From contig NC_043003.1 in assembly GCF_006345805.1 (NCBI RefSeq), positions 114,762,001-114,826,000 of the forward strand: a stretch of 64,000 nt of DNA. Direction: 5' to 3'. The notes beneath the pieces were generated by a model. It saw nothing but the letters and a program-made list of their open reading frames with translations, searched no databases and had not been told where the DNA came from. This document shows positions 41,839-55,102 of this stretch, in pieces (position 1 is the first letter of the stretch; each line of letters begins with the position of its first letter). Position numbers and translations under genes: made by a program. The stretch comes from Octopus sinensis. Taxonomy: Eukaryota.

Positions 41839-42325
41839 AAGTTTATTTTCAAACAGAATGTGGCCGTCCTATAAAGGACGATGTTGTTGTTATTGTTTAA
41901 GCCCCAGGAAAATATCTTTTCCAGCTGGCTATCGACACACAGTCTGTTTCCAAATAGCGTTTGCAAGGGAGGTCACCGCTCCCATCTCCTGCCTTTACTA
42001 TTTCGTACTGTTACTGTAAATCTCTCGCTGAGATTTTTAAAGCAAGTTTTTTTTCTCTATACGAGATCAGCGTATATATAGTATTTACCAGTGGAGAAAG
42101 CCCCCATCAACAGCCAGTGATTGTATTACACTGAAGACTGATATACACCAAGAAACCATGGTCCGTGAGTATCACGTAAGGCTGCAGATGGGAGCGATGG
42201 CCTCCCACTGAAACAGTATACTGTGTGTCGATAACCAGCTGGAAAAGATGTTTTCCTGGGGCTTAAACACAAGTAACATCGTCCTTCAGAGGAGCAACAC
42301 ATTCTGTTGGCAAATAAGCTTTACT
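41835..42325. mobile_element. Diverged tail-out inverted pair related to the 353-bp hammerhead unit
   Basis: Arms of about 150 bp share ttagccccagga...ccagctgg..gacacac with the 57877 array; ends tagtaaag / ctttacta. Confidence 0.8.
42126..42168 (+). ncRNA. Decayed minimal hammerhead ribozyme
   Basis: ttaca CTGAAGA ctgat-atac-accaa GAAA CCATGG TC/cgtga; palindromic stem III ACCATGGT; mismatches in stems I and II. Confidence 0.65.
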
Positions 42326-42387
42326 ATTCCGTACTGTTATTGTATTTCTCTCACTGGGAGATATAAAACAAGTTGCTTCTCTCTCTC

Positions 42388-42428
<41 letters not shown>

Positions 42429-42699
42429 TTTTTTTTTCAGTAACAGTTTAGATTCAAATGAAAATGGTACTTAATTTAGATGCACCAGAATTTTTTATGG
42501 TGTTACCCATAAAAATATGCGGGGTGATTATAATAAAAAATAAGCAACAAGAATGAATCCGGTGTGTATTTTTTCCTTGTTAACAATTAACACGGAAAAA
42601 ATAGATAAATTGTTACCAGGGTAGCAAAAAATCACACAAGAGGTTGTAACACCGAGCTTTTAAAGGTAGAAACTTCGGATTTACGTGAATTTTTTTGTA

Positions 42700-43420
42700 T
42701 AATATATAAATGGAGTTTAACGCAGGTGTTATTCAAATTCTTTTACTTCCTACTCACGTTTCGAAGATATCACTGATATTATTCCAAAGGCATAAAATAG
42801 TGTAAAACAATCTAATCTTCTCTTCAGGGAAGTAAAGAAATGAAACTCGTCAATAAGACATTTTAACAGAAAATGATGGATGTGTATAGTGATTTACTGA
42901 ACGCTATTAATATTGTTTGAAAAAACGTTATATGATATAACGTCAGAGGTAGCCTTTAGAAAGAGGAGGGATAAATTAAGGAAAAGTTAAATAAATGAGA
43001 AGTATATGACTATATGTATATTAAATAAAACCTCATAAACTAGGAAAATATATATTTTCTTAGTGTATGTTAAATATAAAAAGAAAATTAATGTTTAAAT
43101 TATATATAATGATAGATATTACTTATATGAACCAAAGGTGTGTTTTTGCCAGTTTACATCGGTATTCACGCTCTATAACCGTGTTTACTACGGGGCTTTT
43201 AGAAAAAAATAATGAAAAATACTTCAGAATTACAGAGAAGACAGAATTCCTTGCCTTTGTCATAAGGTATCGACATTGAGAGAATCAACCATTCTAAATT
43301 AAACTGTTTATTGTGGTCTTTTAGTTCCCAAATTAATTTACTTATATTCAACATCGCTTTGTGGTACTGTGAGAGCAGAAATATAACTGGGACTGTTGAC
43401 GATTTATAATACTGCGATAG
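42700..43420 (-). mobile_element. PLE 3' remnant: GIY-YIG C-terminus plus pseudo-LTR with hammerhead relic at about 42745-42790
   Basis: ISKLIWELKDHNKQFNLEWLILSMSIPYDKGKEFCLLCNSE matches the PLE-type LSKYIW.LK......W.I....PY......C.LC..E motif. Confidence 0.75.
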
Positions 43421-44449
43421 GATCAAGACTTTTGGTGGCTTGCTGGTGTTGAATAATTTCACGCTACTAATTGATTTGTACTTAATTTAACCGATCCACA
43501 GGCTGAAAGTCAACTTCGTCTCTATTTGAGATTTCATTTAGAAAAAAATAAAGGGCGAAATATTCATCCTAATAAAAAAAAAAATAATAAAAAAAATCGT
43601 TTTCAGCCCCTTTCAATATTATCATGCACGGATTGAAGACATTTTGTTGTTCGTGGGAAGTGCCAGATTTTATGTGGGTGAGGAACCGACTGTAGATTTG
43701 TTATGGAGGATCAGAATTAACTGGAGCGAACGAAGTAGAATCCAAGCAGAAGTGATTTCCGAAGAAGCAGAAGTATTGAACTGCATCTAATTACAGACCT
43801 GTTCTTGCATCTTATTCACCTTTGAAGCGTTCTTGGTGCAGAAATATCGCCACAGAGCTGTGTGCATGCATGTATGTGTGTATGCATGTATGTATGTCTC
43901 TCACTATATAAATATGTGTGTATGTATATATGTACATATGTGTATGTATGCATATTGATAGATAGATAGATTTGCGTGTCGGTGCACACACGTATAATAC
44001 AGAGATCTAACTCAAAGTATAAACTAAAACAATAGGAAGAATATGTAAAAGAACACCCGCAACCAAACGCGTGCGTGTGTGTGTGTGTGTGTGTGTGTGT
44101 CAGTGTGTGCAGAAATTATAAAAATCATAAAAATAAAGGAATCCATTACATAAAAGTATGATCGCTGCTCTGAGCGTACACCCATGAACACATATATATA
44201 TATATACACACATTCCTATATTTCTACATCTATGTATATACATCATGTGTGTACAGTGTTTGTGCATAAATGAATGCACTCTCCGAGCTCATTACATATG
44301 GAAGCTGAGAGAAATAAGTGCATATAAAAACGTGTTTGCCCTTTAGTGATATCTGCCTGCATTCTGATATGCACGACAGGGATGGCAATTCGAAAGCCGC
44401 CTCTCAACACCTAACTGTGTCTGTATGTCTATTTGTCTATCTATCTGTG

Positions 44450-44483
<34 letters not shown>

Positions 44484-44604
44484 ATTACCTCTATATTTCC
44501 CTCTGTCTGTCTATCTTTCTCTCGCATTATTTTTCTCCTCTCTGCCTACATATGTATGTATTTTTATATATCTACAAGAAACACACACACACACACACAA
44601 ACAT

Positions 44605-44636
<32 letters not shown>

Positions 44637-44843
44637 TATATATATATATATAGGGAGAGAGAGAGAGAGAGAGAGTGTGTGTGTGTGTGTGTTTGTGTGA
44701 TAGAGAGATAGGAAGAGATAGATAGATAGGTAGGTAGATAAATAGACAGACAGATAAATGTATATATATTTACATACAGATTCATGCTTAGCCTATGTGC
44801 ATGTATATATATATATGTCTGACTTCCTCTCTTTCTCTCTCTC

Positions 44844-44892
<49 letters not shown>

Positions 44893-45207
44893 CATACTTA
44901 TTTACACACAGACACGCACCCCAACGCTGCACATATTCTATGTGAAAGCGCATTTAAGCGAATGCTGAACAGACTGTTGATCGAATTGCCATGCATAAAA
45001 CTAAAACCGATATTAATAAACTTATCGAAAGAGTGAGAGAGAGAGGGGGAGGTAGAGAGGAAGAGATCTTGAGAAGAAGTCACGTGGGCACTGTGACATG
45101 TTGGAGGCACTTATTTGCAGAAACAAAGAACACGGATATTTGTAGACCCCCACAACTGCTGAAAATCCCTTCAATATGCCTGCTTTAACCCTTTATGGAT
45201 GGACGCA

Positions 45208-45619
45208 TCTCTCTCTTTCTCTTTTTACTTGTTTCAGTCATTTTGACTGCGGCCATGCTGGTGCACCGCCTTTAATCGAGCAACTCGACCCCGGGACTTA
45301 TTCTTTGTAAGCACAGTACTTATTCTATCGGTCTCTTTTGCCGAACCGCTAAGTGACGGGGACATAAGCACACCAGCATCGGTTGTCAATCAATGCTAGG
45401 GGGACAAACACAGACACACAAACATACACGCACATACATATATATATATATATATACGACGGGCTTCTTTCAGTTTCCGTCTACCAAATCCACTCACAAG
45501 GCTTTGGTTGGCCCGAGGCTATAGTAGAAGACACTTGCCCAAGGTGCCACGCAGTGCGACTGAACCCGGAACCATGTGGTTGGTAAACAAGCTACTTACC
45601 ACACAGCCACTCCTGCGCC
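45208..45619 (-). mobile_element. SINE family A, young full-length copy
   Basis: Full collinear copy. Confidence 0.93.
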
Positions 45620-46033
45620 TACTAAATAATAAAATAAATCTTTCGATATTCCAAGTCTTAGGGATGCTGGGAACAGGATAGGAATATATTTATCTCTTTA
45701 CATCCATTACAAATAAAAACATAAATAAATATGACCCCACACTCTCTGCAATTGCCTGTTTTTTTAAAAAATCCTTGTATTTGTTTTTAACCAATCAAAA
45801 ATTTATGTCGTTGCTAAATAAGCCGGTTGTTGTTGTTGTGCTTAAGATTCTCTCCTTGCGTAAGTTGATTCGTTATGGAGGGCCAGATGCGTAACAACAC
45901 ATCAATTTCTCTTTCTAACATGCTCACCCGTCTACCTTCTCTGTCGTTGTCTCCCTTTTCTGATCTTTTATTCTACGCTCTCTCTCTTAACCCAGCGATT
46001 GTTTCGCTCTGCCTCTTACAAAATGTCAATATT

Positions 46034-46160
<127 letters not shown>

Positions 46161-46291
46161 CTCTAAGGTTATATGTTTCTCCTGTATCTGATGATCTCCC
46201 TATCTCTCTTGACGTCTCTCTTACACGCTTACCTCTCTTTCTGCGTTGATCTCTCTTCCTTTCTTATTGGCAATACCACACTTTATTATCT

Positions 46292-46522
46292 GGCGGCGAA
46301 CTGGCAGGAACGTTAGCACGCCGGGCGAAATGCATAGCCGTATTACGTCTGCCGTTACGGTCTGGGTTCAAATTCCGCCGAAGTCGACTTTGCCTTTCAT
46401 CCTTTCGGGGTCGATAATGTACGTACCAGTTATGCACTGGGGTTGATGCAATCAACTTAATCCGTTTGTCTGTCCTTGTTTGTCCTCTCTGTGTTTAGCC
46501 CCTTGTGGGTAGTAAAGAAATA
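46292..46522 (+). mobile_element. SINE family B, full length
   Basis: ggcggcgaactggcagg...gggttcaaattccgcc...gggtagtaaagaaata. Confidence 0.9.
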
Positions 46523-47023
46523 TATCTATCTATAGATGATCCCATACACTTGCTGGCTTCCGGTATGCGGAGTTCTCGACTGATGGCACTTGCATATGCA
46601 AGCTGTTTGCAAAACACACACAGATATATATCTCAAAAACATCAACTGAGACATGGGCTTACAATTTTAACCGTTCAAACTGGTTTTCTGCTAATATATG
46701 ACGTTGCGTGCAGGCGAGAAAAAATAGAAATAATCAACTTGTACGTATTTGCACAAAACATTAAAAAGGTTCAACACTCCACTGCAAACCGCCAGAACTA
46801 AACTTTATAACAGCACAGAAGAGAAGATGGCCTACCAGATAACAGTAGCCATTGATGGAACTGATGTTTCTGCAAGAGATATTCTTATGGGAAGGAAATG
46901 AAGTGGAGGATATAAGTAAATTTTAGAAATGAAATTCATTTCTCATTCTAAACAACTGATGAACTACAAACTATGAAGAAAAATGCCTACCCGAATTGGC
47001 AAATCTCCCGTCCTATGTTGTTT

Positions 47024-47100
<77 letters not shown>

Positions 47101-47649
47101 CTACTATTTTCTTATGTTGTGTAAATGCTTTTAAAGTAAATAAACAAATAATCAAGACTAAAGTCGATATCTCTGCAGAGACTCAAATATATTGGTAGAG
47201 TTTCTTCTACACAATCTTTTTATAACCGAAACGGAAAAATAAATGTTGAAAGGGTATATGATAGATACGCATCGAAATATCAGGCATTGTCGACAAGCCC
47301 CCTTGTCAAGGTCTGGCTTGCGGCCCCATTGGCCATTGACGTCTGCTGCCCTGTCTTCCTGTCAAGATCACTGCGATAATTCCAGCAGGAGATAAGTCTG
47401 GAATACTCACAACTGAAACAAGCCAGCTAGGAAATAGATATAGCAACTGAAACTAACTCGAGATGGCTATAATTGACAAGAGACAATAGCTGGAGCACTT
47501 CCGTAGGTGAACATTAACTCACTCCTCACTGCCCCGCTCATTTGAAGCCGTACAGGCTAAGGGGCGAAATTGTTGTGACCCTGAGTTACCTGGTGGCAAT
47601 ACAGAAAGGTTTCTAGCCTCGCAATAGATATAGAAGAACTTGCTAAGCC

Positions 47650-48420
47650 TCTGAGTAGCCCCTGCAGCTTCTGCGCAGAGGAAAGCATCTCAGATATTTA
47701 TTTCTCCCAACACTTCTAGTAGACCCCAAATGACTTTAATGTTTTGAAAACTGAGGTCTTTGTCCTATCAGGAATGTCTTCACAGTATGCTCTATATGTT
47801 AGTGGAACGTCACTAAAACAGGTGGAGAAGTTTATTTCAAGGCCGTCCTTCTGAATGATGAAAATCAGGAGGCTGAATTGAGTGCTATAATTGCAGGTGC
47901 TCGCATGTAAAACGCCAGATCCAGCATTCGATTTTCAGTAGCGGAAAGGTTGGTTAAATAGCCAAACTTGCTATAGTTAATTCGGTTTCTGTGTTTGCCT
48001 TCATCTACGGACATGAACATTAGGTAATGTCCGAAAGAGTACAATCACGAATACAAGCGATCGAAACGAGATTCCTCTGAAGGACCTCAAGTTACTCAGT
48101 AGGTGCATAGTTCGGAGATCAATGAGTATGTTTAGATAGAGCCGCTGATTCTCTGCAATCAGTGGTCTCAGCTCCGGTACTAAAGATATGTAATTAGAAT
48201 GTCACAGAAAACATTCACCAAACAGATTCTTGAAGCTGAGCTAAACGGTAGGAGATCGAGTGGTTGACCAAGAACGAGATGGTTGGATACTGTCCATAGT
48301 TTCAGTTGGTCAAGCCTGGGAATCCAGCCCAAAAGTGTAATGATGGTTGCTTCTGAGGACGTGATTGAGAGCTCTGATTTCACAACCATGCCAGGGTTAG
48401 TAGGCGGGTAAGATTAATGG
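47650..48420 (+). mobile_element. RTE-clade LINE, degenerate 3' portion of the RT ORF
   Basis: KTEV..., SGTSLKQVEKF, YGHEH.VMSERVQSRIQAIETRF, KQILEAELNGRRSSG.PRTRWLDTV. Confidence 0.82.
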
Positions 48421-48752
48421 ATGAATATGCACGCGTGCATGTGTGTATGTGTGCGTATATGTGTTTGTGTGGTCGTGCGCTTCTGTATGTGTATGTGCAT
48501 GGGTGTGTGGAATCTCTTTATGCGAACTTTTTTCAAACTAACCCCCTGTATATAGTAGCCCCTATAAACACGTTTATATATCCTACTGATTTTCTTTCCT
48601 TCTTTATCGATCGCTCCTACCACCTCTTATCACCTCTCCCTCTCTCACTCACCCTCTCATACACACACGGGTTGCTTTTTGTCAGCTATCTATCCTTCTC
48701 TAAATCATTTCACTTCAGCCATATACATACATACATATATCTGTGAATGAGT

Positions 48753-48789
<37 letters not shown>

Positions 48790-48793
<4 letters not shown>

Positions 48794-49000
48794 CGGAGTA
48801 AACACATAAATATGAAACAAGGTGGTAAAAAGAGTACTCAAATACCAGGGATAGAGCAATATGCATGTATGTATGTATGTATGTATATATGTGTGTGTGT
48901 GTGTAAATGTAATATGTGACAATTATTCGGTAGCCGTGATAAAACTCCGAGATTTGGATGCCGAAGTGGAAATCCACGCAGCCATCTCTTCAGTTATCGC
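48790..49000 (-). mobile_element. PLE pseudo-LTR-like fragment with decayed hammerhead at 48938-48998
   Basis: GATAA CTGAAGA GATG...(long stem II)...CATC cAAA tCTC-G-GAG TT/TTATC; G12 mutated. Confidence 0.6.
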
Positions 49001-49568
49001 GCCAGATAAGTAAAAGCTGAACGCTCAAACGTCGTCTTCGATGGGAGAATTCATCATCATATATATATATATGAATGTATGGTTCTATTGGAATCGAATC
49101 ACATAGCTCTGGATTCACTCTTACTGGGTGGCATTTGGGCAAGAATTCTCTAAAATAGCCTTGGGCCAAACAAAATCTTGTGAGTGGATTTGATAGATGG
49201 AAACTGTATGAAGCCTGTCATATATATGTGCACATACAATTATTTATAGAGATTATTTTAGATTTTAATTATAATATTTATATACATTTATATATTTTCA
49301 TTGATAATTTATATATATTAGTCATTTTAAATATTTATGTAATTAGATATAGACTAATATTGATATTAGATTATGTGTGAGTTTTCTACCTTATAAATTA
49401 AAATTAATATTTAACGTTATAGTCGATTTGGATATAATCATAATTGTTAAGTTCTATGTCTCTAGTTTGATAATAGAGTTTATTATAAGTAAAATTATTA
49501 TATTATATATATTATTTATATCTTTAAAATATTGTTTAAATATTTCTGATTATATTTTAGATATTTCA

Positions 49569-49635
49569 ATCACCTGAAGATTGACTGTAACTTGAATTTT
49601 TACGAATTGGACAGCCATGAAACGATCGTAGTGTT
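49569..49635 (+). ncRNA. Hammerhead ribozyme with extended stem II
   Basis: atcac CTGAAGA TTGACTGT...ACAGCCAT GAAA CGATCG TA/gtgtt; palindromic stem III ACGATCGT. Confidence 0.65.
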
Positions 49636-51033
49636 ATACTCATTATCTTTTTTAAATAATTTTGATATATATTTAAAATAATATAAATTAATTAATCTTA
49701 TGTATTGGCTAAAGTTTTTCATTGTATGATTTGCCTAATAGTGGTTTTATCTCTAATTTAATATAATATAATATTTTACTATAAAATTGGATTCAATCCT
49801 AAATCTGATTTTTCCCTGTAAGTTTGGATTTATTCCCTAATATTTTATTATTAATTTATATATATATATATATATAATTATATTTGTGCGTGAGTGTGTG
49901 TTAGAGGGTGATTGGACGTGTGTGTTGGGGTGTGTGTGTGTGTATGCAAGCATGTGTGTGCCTGTGAATGTGTAGTTGCCCCCATTACTGCCTGAAAACC
50001 GGTGTTGGTGTGCATTACTTAACAGTTGGACCAAAAGACACAGATAGAATGAAAATAAGTACCAGAATCGATTCGCTTGACTATAATTCTTCAAGGCAAT
50101 GCTTCAGCCGAGCCACGGAATAAAGATTGAAATAATTTAATAACGTACGATATATTTATACGCATACACACACAGAGAACTCGCGCCCTCAGAGACACAC
50201 ACATATATACGAGAGGAAATGGAGAGACGAAAGAACGCAATGTTCACCATTTTGAAATGAAGCTGTAAGTATTTAATAGAATTAATATGGAACTACGCCA
50301 ACCTGTTATTCAGTTCACACATTAACACAGATACCCACACACTTATACAAAGACATTCTCCTAGAGATACACGTAAACGGATATCTGACAATACATTTCA
50401 AATTATGAAAAACGCTCAGTTGTGCATAATTAATTAATTATAATGAGAGTCTAAACGTAGCCCGAGTCTCGAATTAAAAGTAGGAGTGCAAATGTACTTG
50501 ACTTTGGAAGACTTTTGGGAGCAGCAGTCTGCACTTGTTAACGATGATCGTTGATGCCTTCAGCGTTGATAATATTGGAGATGACAAATGGAGTTTAATG
50601 ATGCTCATGATGATGATGGATTGAACTGTTGGTTGTGATGATAAATAAATAAGATGATGAGAGTCACAGGCTGCTGGTTAGAAAATGTCGATAATTCCAT
50701 CGCAACGTATAACCAGGACCCCCCCCCCCCCGAAAAAAAAAACAAATAAAGAAAGAATGGCAAGGTTGCATTTTAAAAATATTTATGGAAATTGAGTAAA
50801 AGAAGCAAAAATTAAATCCTTCTCATGCGACCCAACCGATGCAAAATGTATACGCACACAAAAATATACACAAAATTTAACAAATAAAAGCGAATGTAGA
50901 TGTAGATTATGCAGATACAGCCAGACACACCTTACGAGAATACAGACAAATTGGAACATAACTTTATACATACATACAAAGATATATATATATACTTATA
51001 TACATATACGTATATATTATTCATATAAGTGTA

Positions 51034-51078
<45 letters not shown>

Positions 51079-51122
51079 CATATATATTATTCATATACGT
51101 GCATATATATATACACATATAC

Positions 51123-51153
<31 letters not shown>

Positions 51154-51239
51154 CATATATGTATATATACATATATGTATATATGTAAATATACATATGA
51201 ATATATACATGTAAATATACATATGAATATATACATATA

Positions 51240-51319
<80 letters not shown>

Positions 51320-51324
51320 GATAT

Positions 51325-51361
<37 letters not shown>

Positions 51362-51701
51362 GTATGTGTGTATATATATATATATAATATATTTGTGCGT
51401 GAGTGTGTGTTAGAGGGTGATTGGACGTGTGTGTTGGGGTGTGTGTGTGTGTGCGTGTATCGAGGCTTTGTGTACTTACAGAAACACTTAGATAGTCTCC
51501 CCCGTGACCATCCAACCAATAGTGAAGAAGCTGAAGCAAACAAACCCCTGTCGGACATGTTAATGTTGGGCGGTTGGTGGTTGGCGAAGGAGTCGTCGCT
51601 GCTTCGGTCTTTTTCTACCTTGAAACCATTAAATATAATAATTTCCTATACATAAATACATAGATTAACTGAAAGAATTGACATACTTCCTCTCTCTCTC
51701 T

Positions 51702-51801
51702 NNNNNNNNNNNNNNNNNNNNNNNNNNNNNNNNNNNNNNNNNNNNNNNNNNNNNNNNNNNNNNNNNNNNNNNNNNNNNNNNNNNNNNNNNNNNNNNNNNN
51801 N
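51702..51801. other. Assembly gap (100 N)
   Basis: Run of N flanked by microsatellites. Confidence 1.
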
Positions 51802-52221
51802 ATAAGTGTATGTATATACTTACATATATATATATATATATAAGTGTATGTATATACTTATAGATATATAAGTGTGTTTATACTTATATATATATATATA
51901 TATATATACACAGACATATGTGTATATGACTATTAAAATTATGCATATATATATATATGTATACGCATGCATATGTATGTATACGGATAGATAGATAGAT
52001 AAAAATACATATACTTATGTACACATACAAAGATGCTTGTGTGTGCATATAGGTTTTTGCGTGCATCTGCGAGTAAATACATATTCCTTTATTCAGGTAT
52101 GTGTGTGAGTGCGTATATATGAATGTATGTATATATGCATAAATATGTATACACGTATTTATGCAAAATTTCAATGCTCTATCTCGTAATGAATAAAAAA
52201 TATACGACCTAACGATATGTA

Positions 52222-52280
<59 letters not shown>

Positions 52281-52484
52281 TAACAATAATAATAATAATA
52301 ATAATAATAATAGCAATGGCAACAACAATAATAGCAATAATGTTGATGATAATTTATTATATATATGCGTATACACAAATTTTTGACTACATATATATAA
52401 TATATATATATATATATAAGTGTGTGTATATACTTACATATATATATATATGTATATATATGTATATATATATATATATATATA

Positions 52485-52525
<41 letters not shown>

Positions 52526-53873
52526 CCTATAATTATCTATCACTATGTGTGTGTGTGTGCATAGATACATATATGTATATCTTAGAAACATCATTAAATT
52601 GGATAGCATAAATATTGAATAGCTAAAAATAATAATAAAACGAAAAGGCAAGTTTTCAGCTATAATCGTAACTAACCACTGGTAAAACGACAACATAATG
52701 GAATAAAAAAAAAAGGGAAAATGAGGAAAAATATTAAAGTATTGTACACAAAATTGAAAATGCAAACACACCAAAAATGTAATAAAGAACGAAAGAAGCA
52801 AAGAAATATTGAATATTTCAAGTAAGGAAAGTATTTGTATGCATAGAGATTGAACTCTGCCGCTGAATGTTAAATAAGGTAAGGAGAAAAAAAGGAATAA
52901 AGAATAATATAAAAAAAAAGGAAAAACAGAAACGAATTTATGAGAATAAAAAGGAAGAGGAAATGCGTTGTATGGTGGAGATTTGGAAATTTCTGTGATT
53001 GAATTTTTTTTTTTTTTGCTTGTGTGTATGTGTGTGTATGTGAAGTGAAATAGCCGCGATGGTCCTTTAGAAAGTGCTTCTAGTTTAAAGATTCATCAAC
53101 ACATATAGGTACACAGTTATTAAAACACAAACGTATACTCTCTCGCTCTCTCTCACTTCCTCTCTCTTTCTCACTCTCTGTTCCTTTCTCTGTGTTTAAG
53201 TCTATTTATTCTAGTATCAGCGCGTGTATGTGTGTATTTGATTTGGAAAAATACAAATACGCAAAGGAGAAAAATATTTAAATATTTTTCGCAAACATAT
53301 TTTGGGAGGAGGTTTATTGTCTATTCAAATTGTGTATTGTACCAGCATTTTTTTTTGTTTTGTTTTGTTTTTATTGCTTTCAATGTACTTTTAAATATTT
53401 TTCTTTAACACATAAGTGCTTTCAAAATCATTATTCGTTCCTGGCTTCTGATCTGATGTTCTTCTACTGCATAGATTTTCATTTTCATTTGAAGCAGAGC
53501 TAGAATACACCGCCGTGCTTATTTACAAGAGGAACCGTCTGTGAACCATAAATAAAACCGCACAAAGCATCAATTTGAGCATGTATTTATCTGCATGTTA
53601 TTCATAATAATCCACATGCATTCATTGAAGTCTGCTACTCTTGTGATTCTTTATACACACATGAAGAGTAATGAATGTGCTTGAAATTAGGTTTCTAATT
53701 ATTGTGATAATGGTCTTTGGTATTTTTCAGTTTGTAACGCTTCTCATATAGTCCCACAACCATAATATATAAACGAAAGGGAAGCGGCAATAGACGTATT
53801 CAGACATAATGCTTTAAATGTTGGCACAAGGCCAGAAATTTTACGGGGATCGAATAAGTCGATGATAAATTTG

Positions 53874-54298
53874 GGATCTTTTCGGTTTGAACGGCAGATT
53901 TTAACATAATTTCTAGGTAACTAAAAAATTTAAACTTCGTATACTGGTAGAATGTGTTTATAAAACATCTTTTTCTTTTGGCTTTATTGAGAAAATTCTA
54001 TAGTTTGTAAGATATTTGTTGTTTTTTTCTACAACTTCTGCAATTTCAACCAATCAATGGCATGTATTGAGGTAAAAAACATTCTGTGCCATATGAATAT
54101 GTCCCTCGTTTAAGAAACAGATTGGGTTTATTTACATTTCTGAAGAAAAAAAAGATACCCTTCACCCACCCCTAACCATAACTAACCCTAACCCTAAAAT
54201 AGATTGAAATGCAATAGATCGATACTAGGGTCGTAATTATGGGTAACAATTTCATATGACACCGCTAGAAAAAACTGCCGTTCAAACCGAAAAGATCC
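53874..54298 (-). mobile_element. GG-terminal MITE, copy 4, inserted in a SINE B variant (about 53810-54440)
   Basis: TIRs present; perfect TSD TAAATTTG at 53866-53873 and 54299-54306. Confidence 0.93.
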
Positions 54299-54544
54299 TA
54301 AATTTGTATTGTACTTTACTTTATCGACCCGAATCAGTAAAAGCTAATGTCGGCCTCGGTAGTTTTGATTTCAGAATGTAATGCTGTCAGAATTATCGCT
54401 TAGAATTGTGTCCGGTGTATTAACGATTCTGCCAGCTCAGGGACTTCAGATATTCCAACAAAACAGGTTCGAGTTTTACATTAAATATGGAAGGAACTGG
54501 AATGCATTATCTTAATCTCTGTCATAATCATGTGCTTCATACTG

Positions 54545-55102
54545 ATTTCAAATTTTGGCACAAGGCCTGCAATTTCTGGAGAGGGAATAAGTCGATCACA
54601 ACGACCCCCGTGCTTAAATAGAACTTATTTTATCGACCCGAAAAGATGAAAGGCAAATTTGAAATTTGAACGTAATGACGGACTAAATACCCATTTCTTT
54701 ACTACCCACAAGGGGCTAAACACAGAGGGGACAAACAAGGACAGAAAAAAGGATTAAGTCGAGTATATGAACCCCAGTGCGTAACTGGTACTTATTTAAT
54801 CGACCCCGAAAGGAAAGGCAAAGTCAAATTCGGCGGAATTTGAACTCAGAATGTAGCGGCAGACGAAATACCTATTTCTTTACTACCCACAAGGGGTTAC
54901 ACATAGAGGGACAAACAAGGACAGACAAACGGATTAAGTCGATTATATCGACCCCAGTGCTTAACTGGTACTCAATTTATTGACTCCGGAAGGGTGAAAG
55001 GCAATGTCGACCTCGGCGGAATTTGAACTCAGAACGTAACGGCAGACGAAATACGGTTACGCATTTCGCCCGGCGTGCTAACGTTTCTGCCACCTCGCCG
55101 CC
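54545..55102 (-). mobile_element. Head-to-tail trimer of SINE family B
   Basis: Full copy at 54872-55102 followed by two 5'-truncated copies, both joined at the ...gtattt(c/a)gtc position. Confidence 0.85.

Noticed and set aside
49230-49860. Very AT-rich block resembling mitochondrial DNA (NUMT)
   Set aside because: No mitochondrial protein, rRNA or tRNA motif recognised; it contains a hammerhead, which fits a decayed PLE end better.
49857-51460. Duplicate of about 85 bp at about 49865-49945 and about 51380-51455
   Set aside because: Short, microsatellite-bounded and close to an assembly gap; may be slippage or misassembly.
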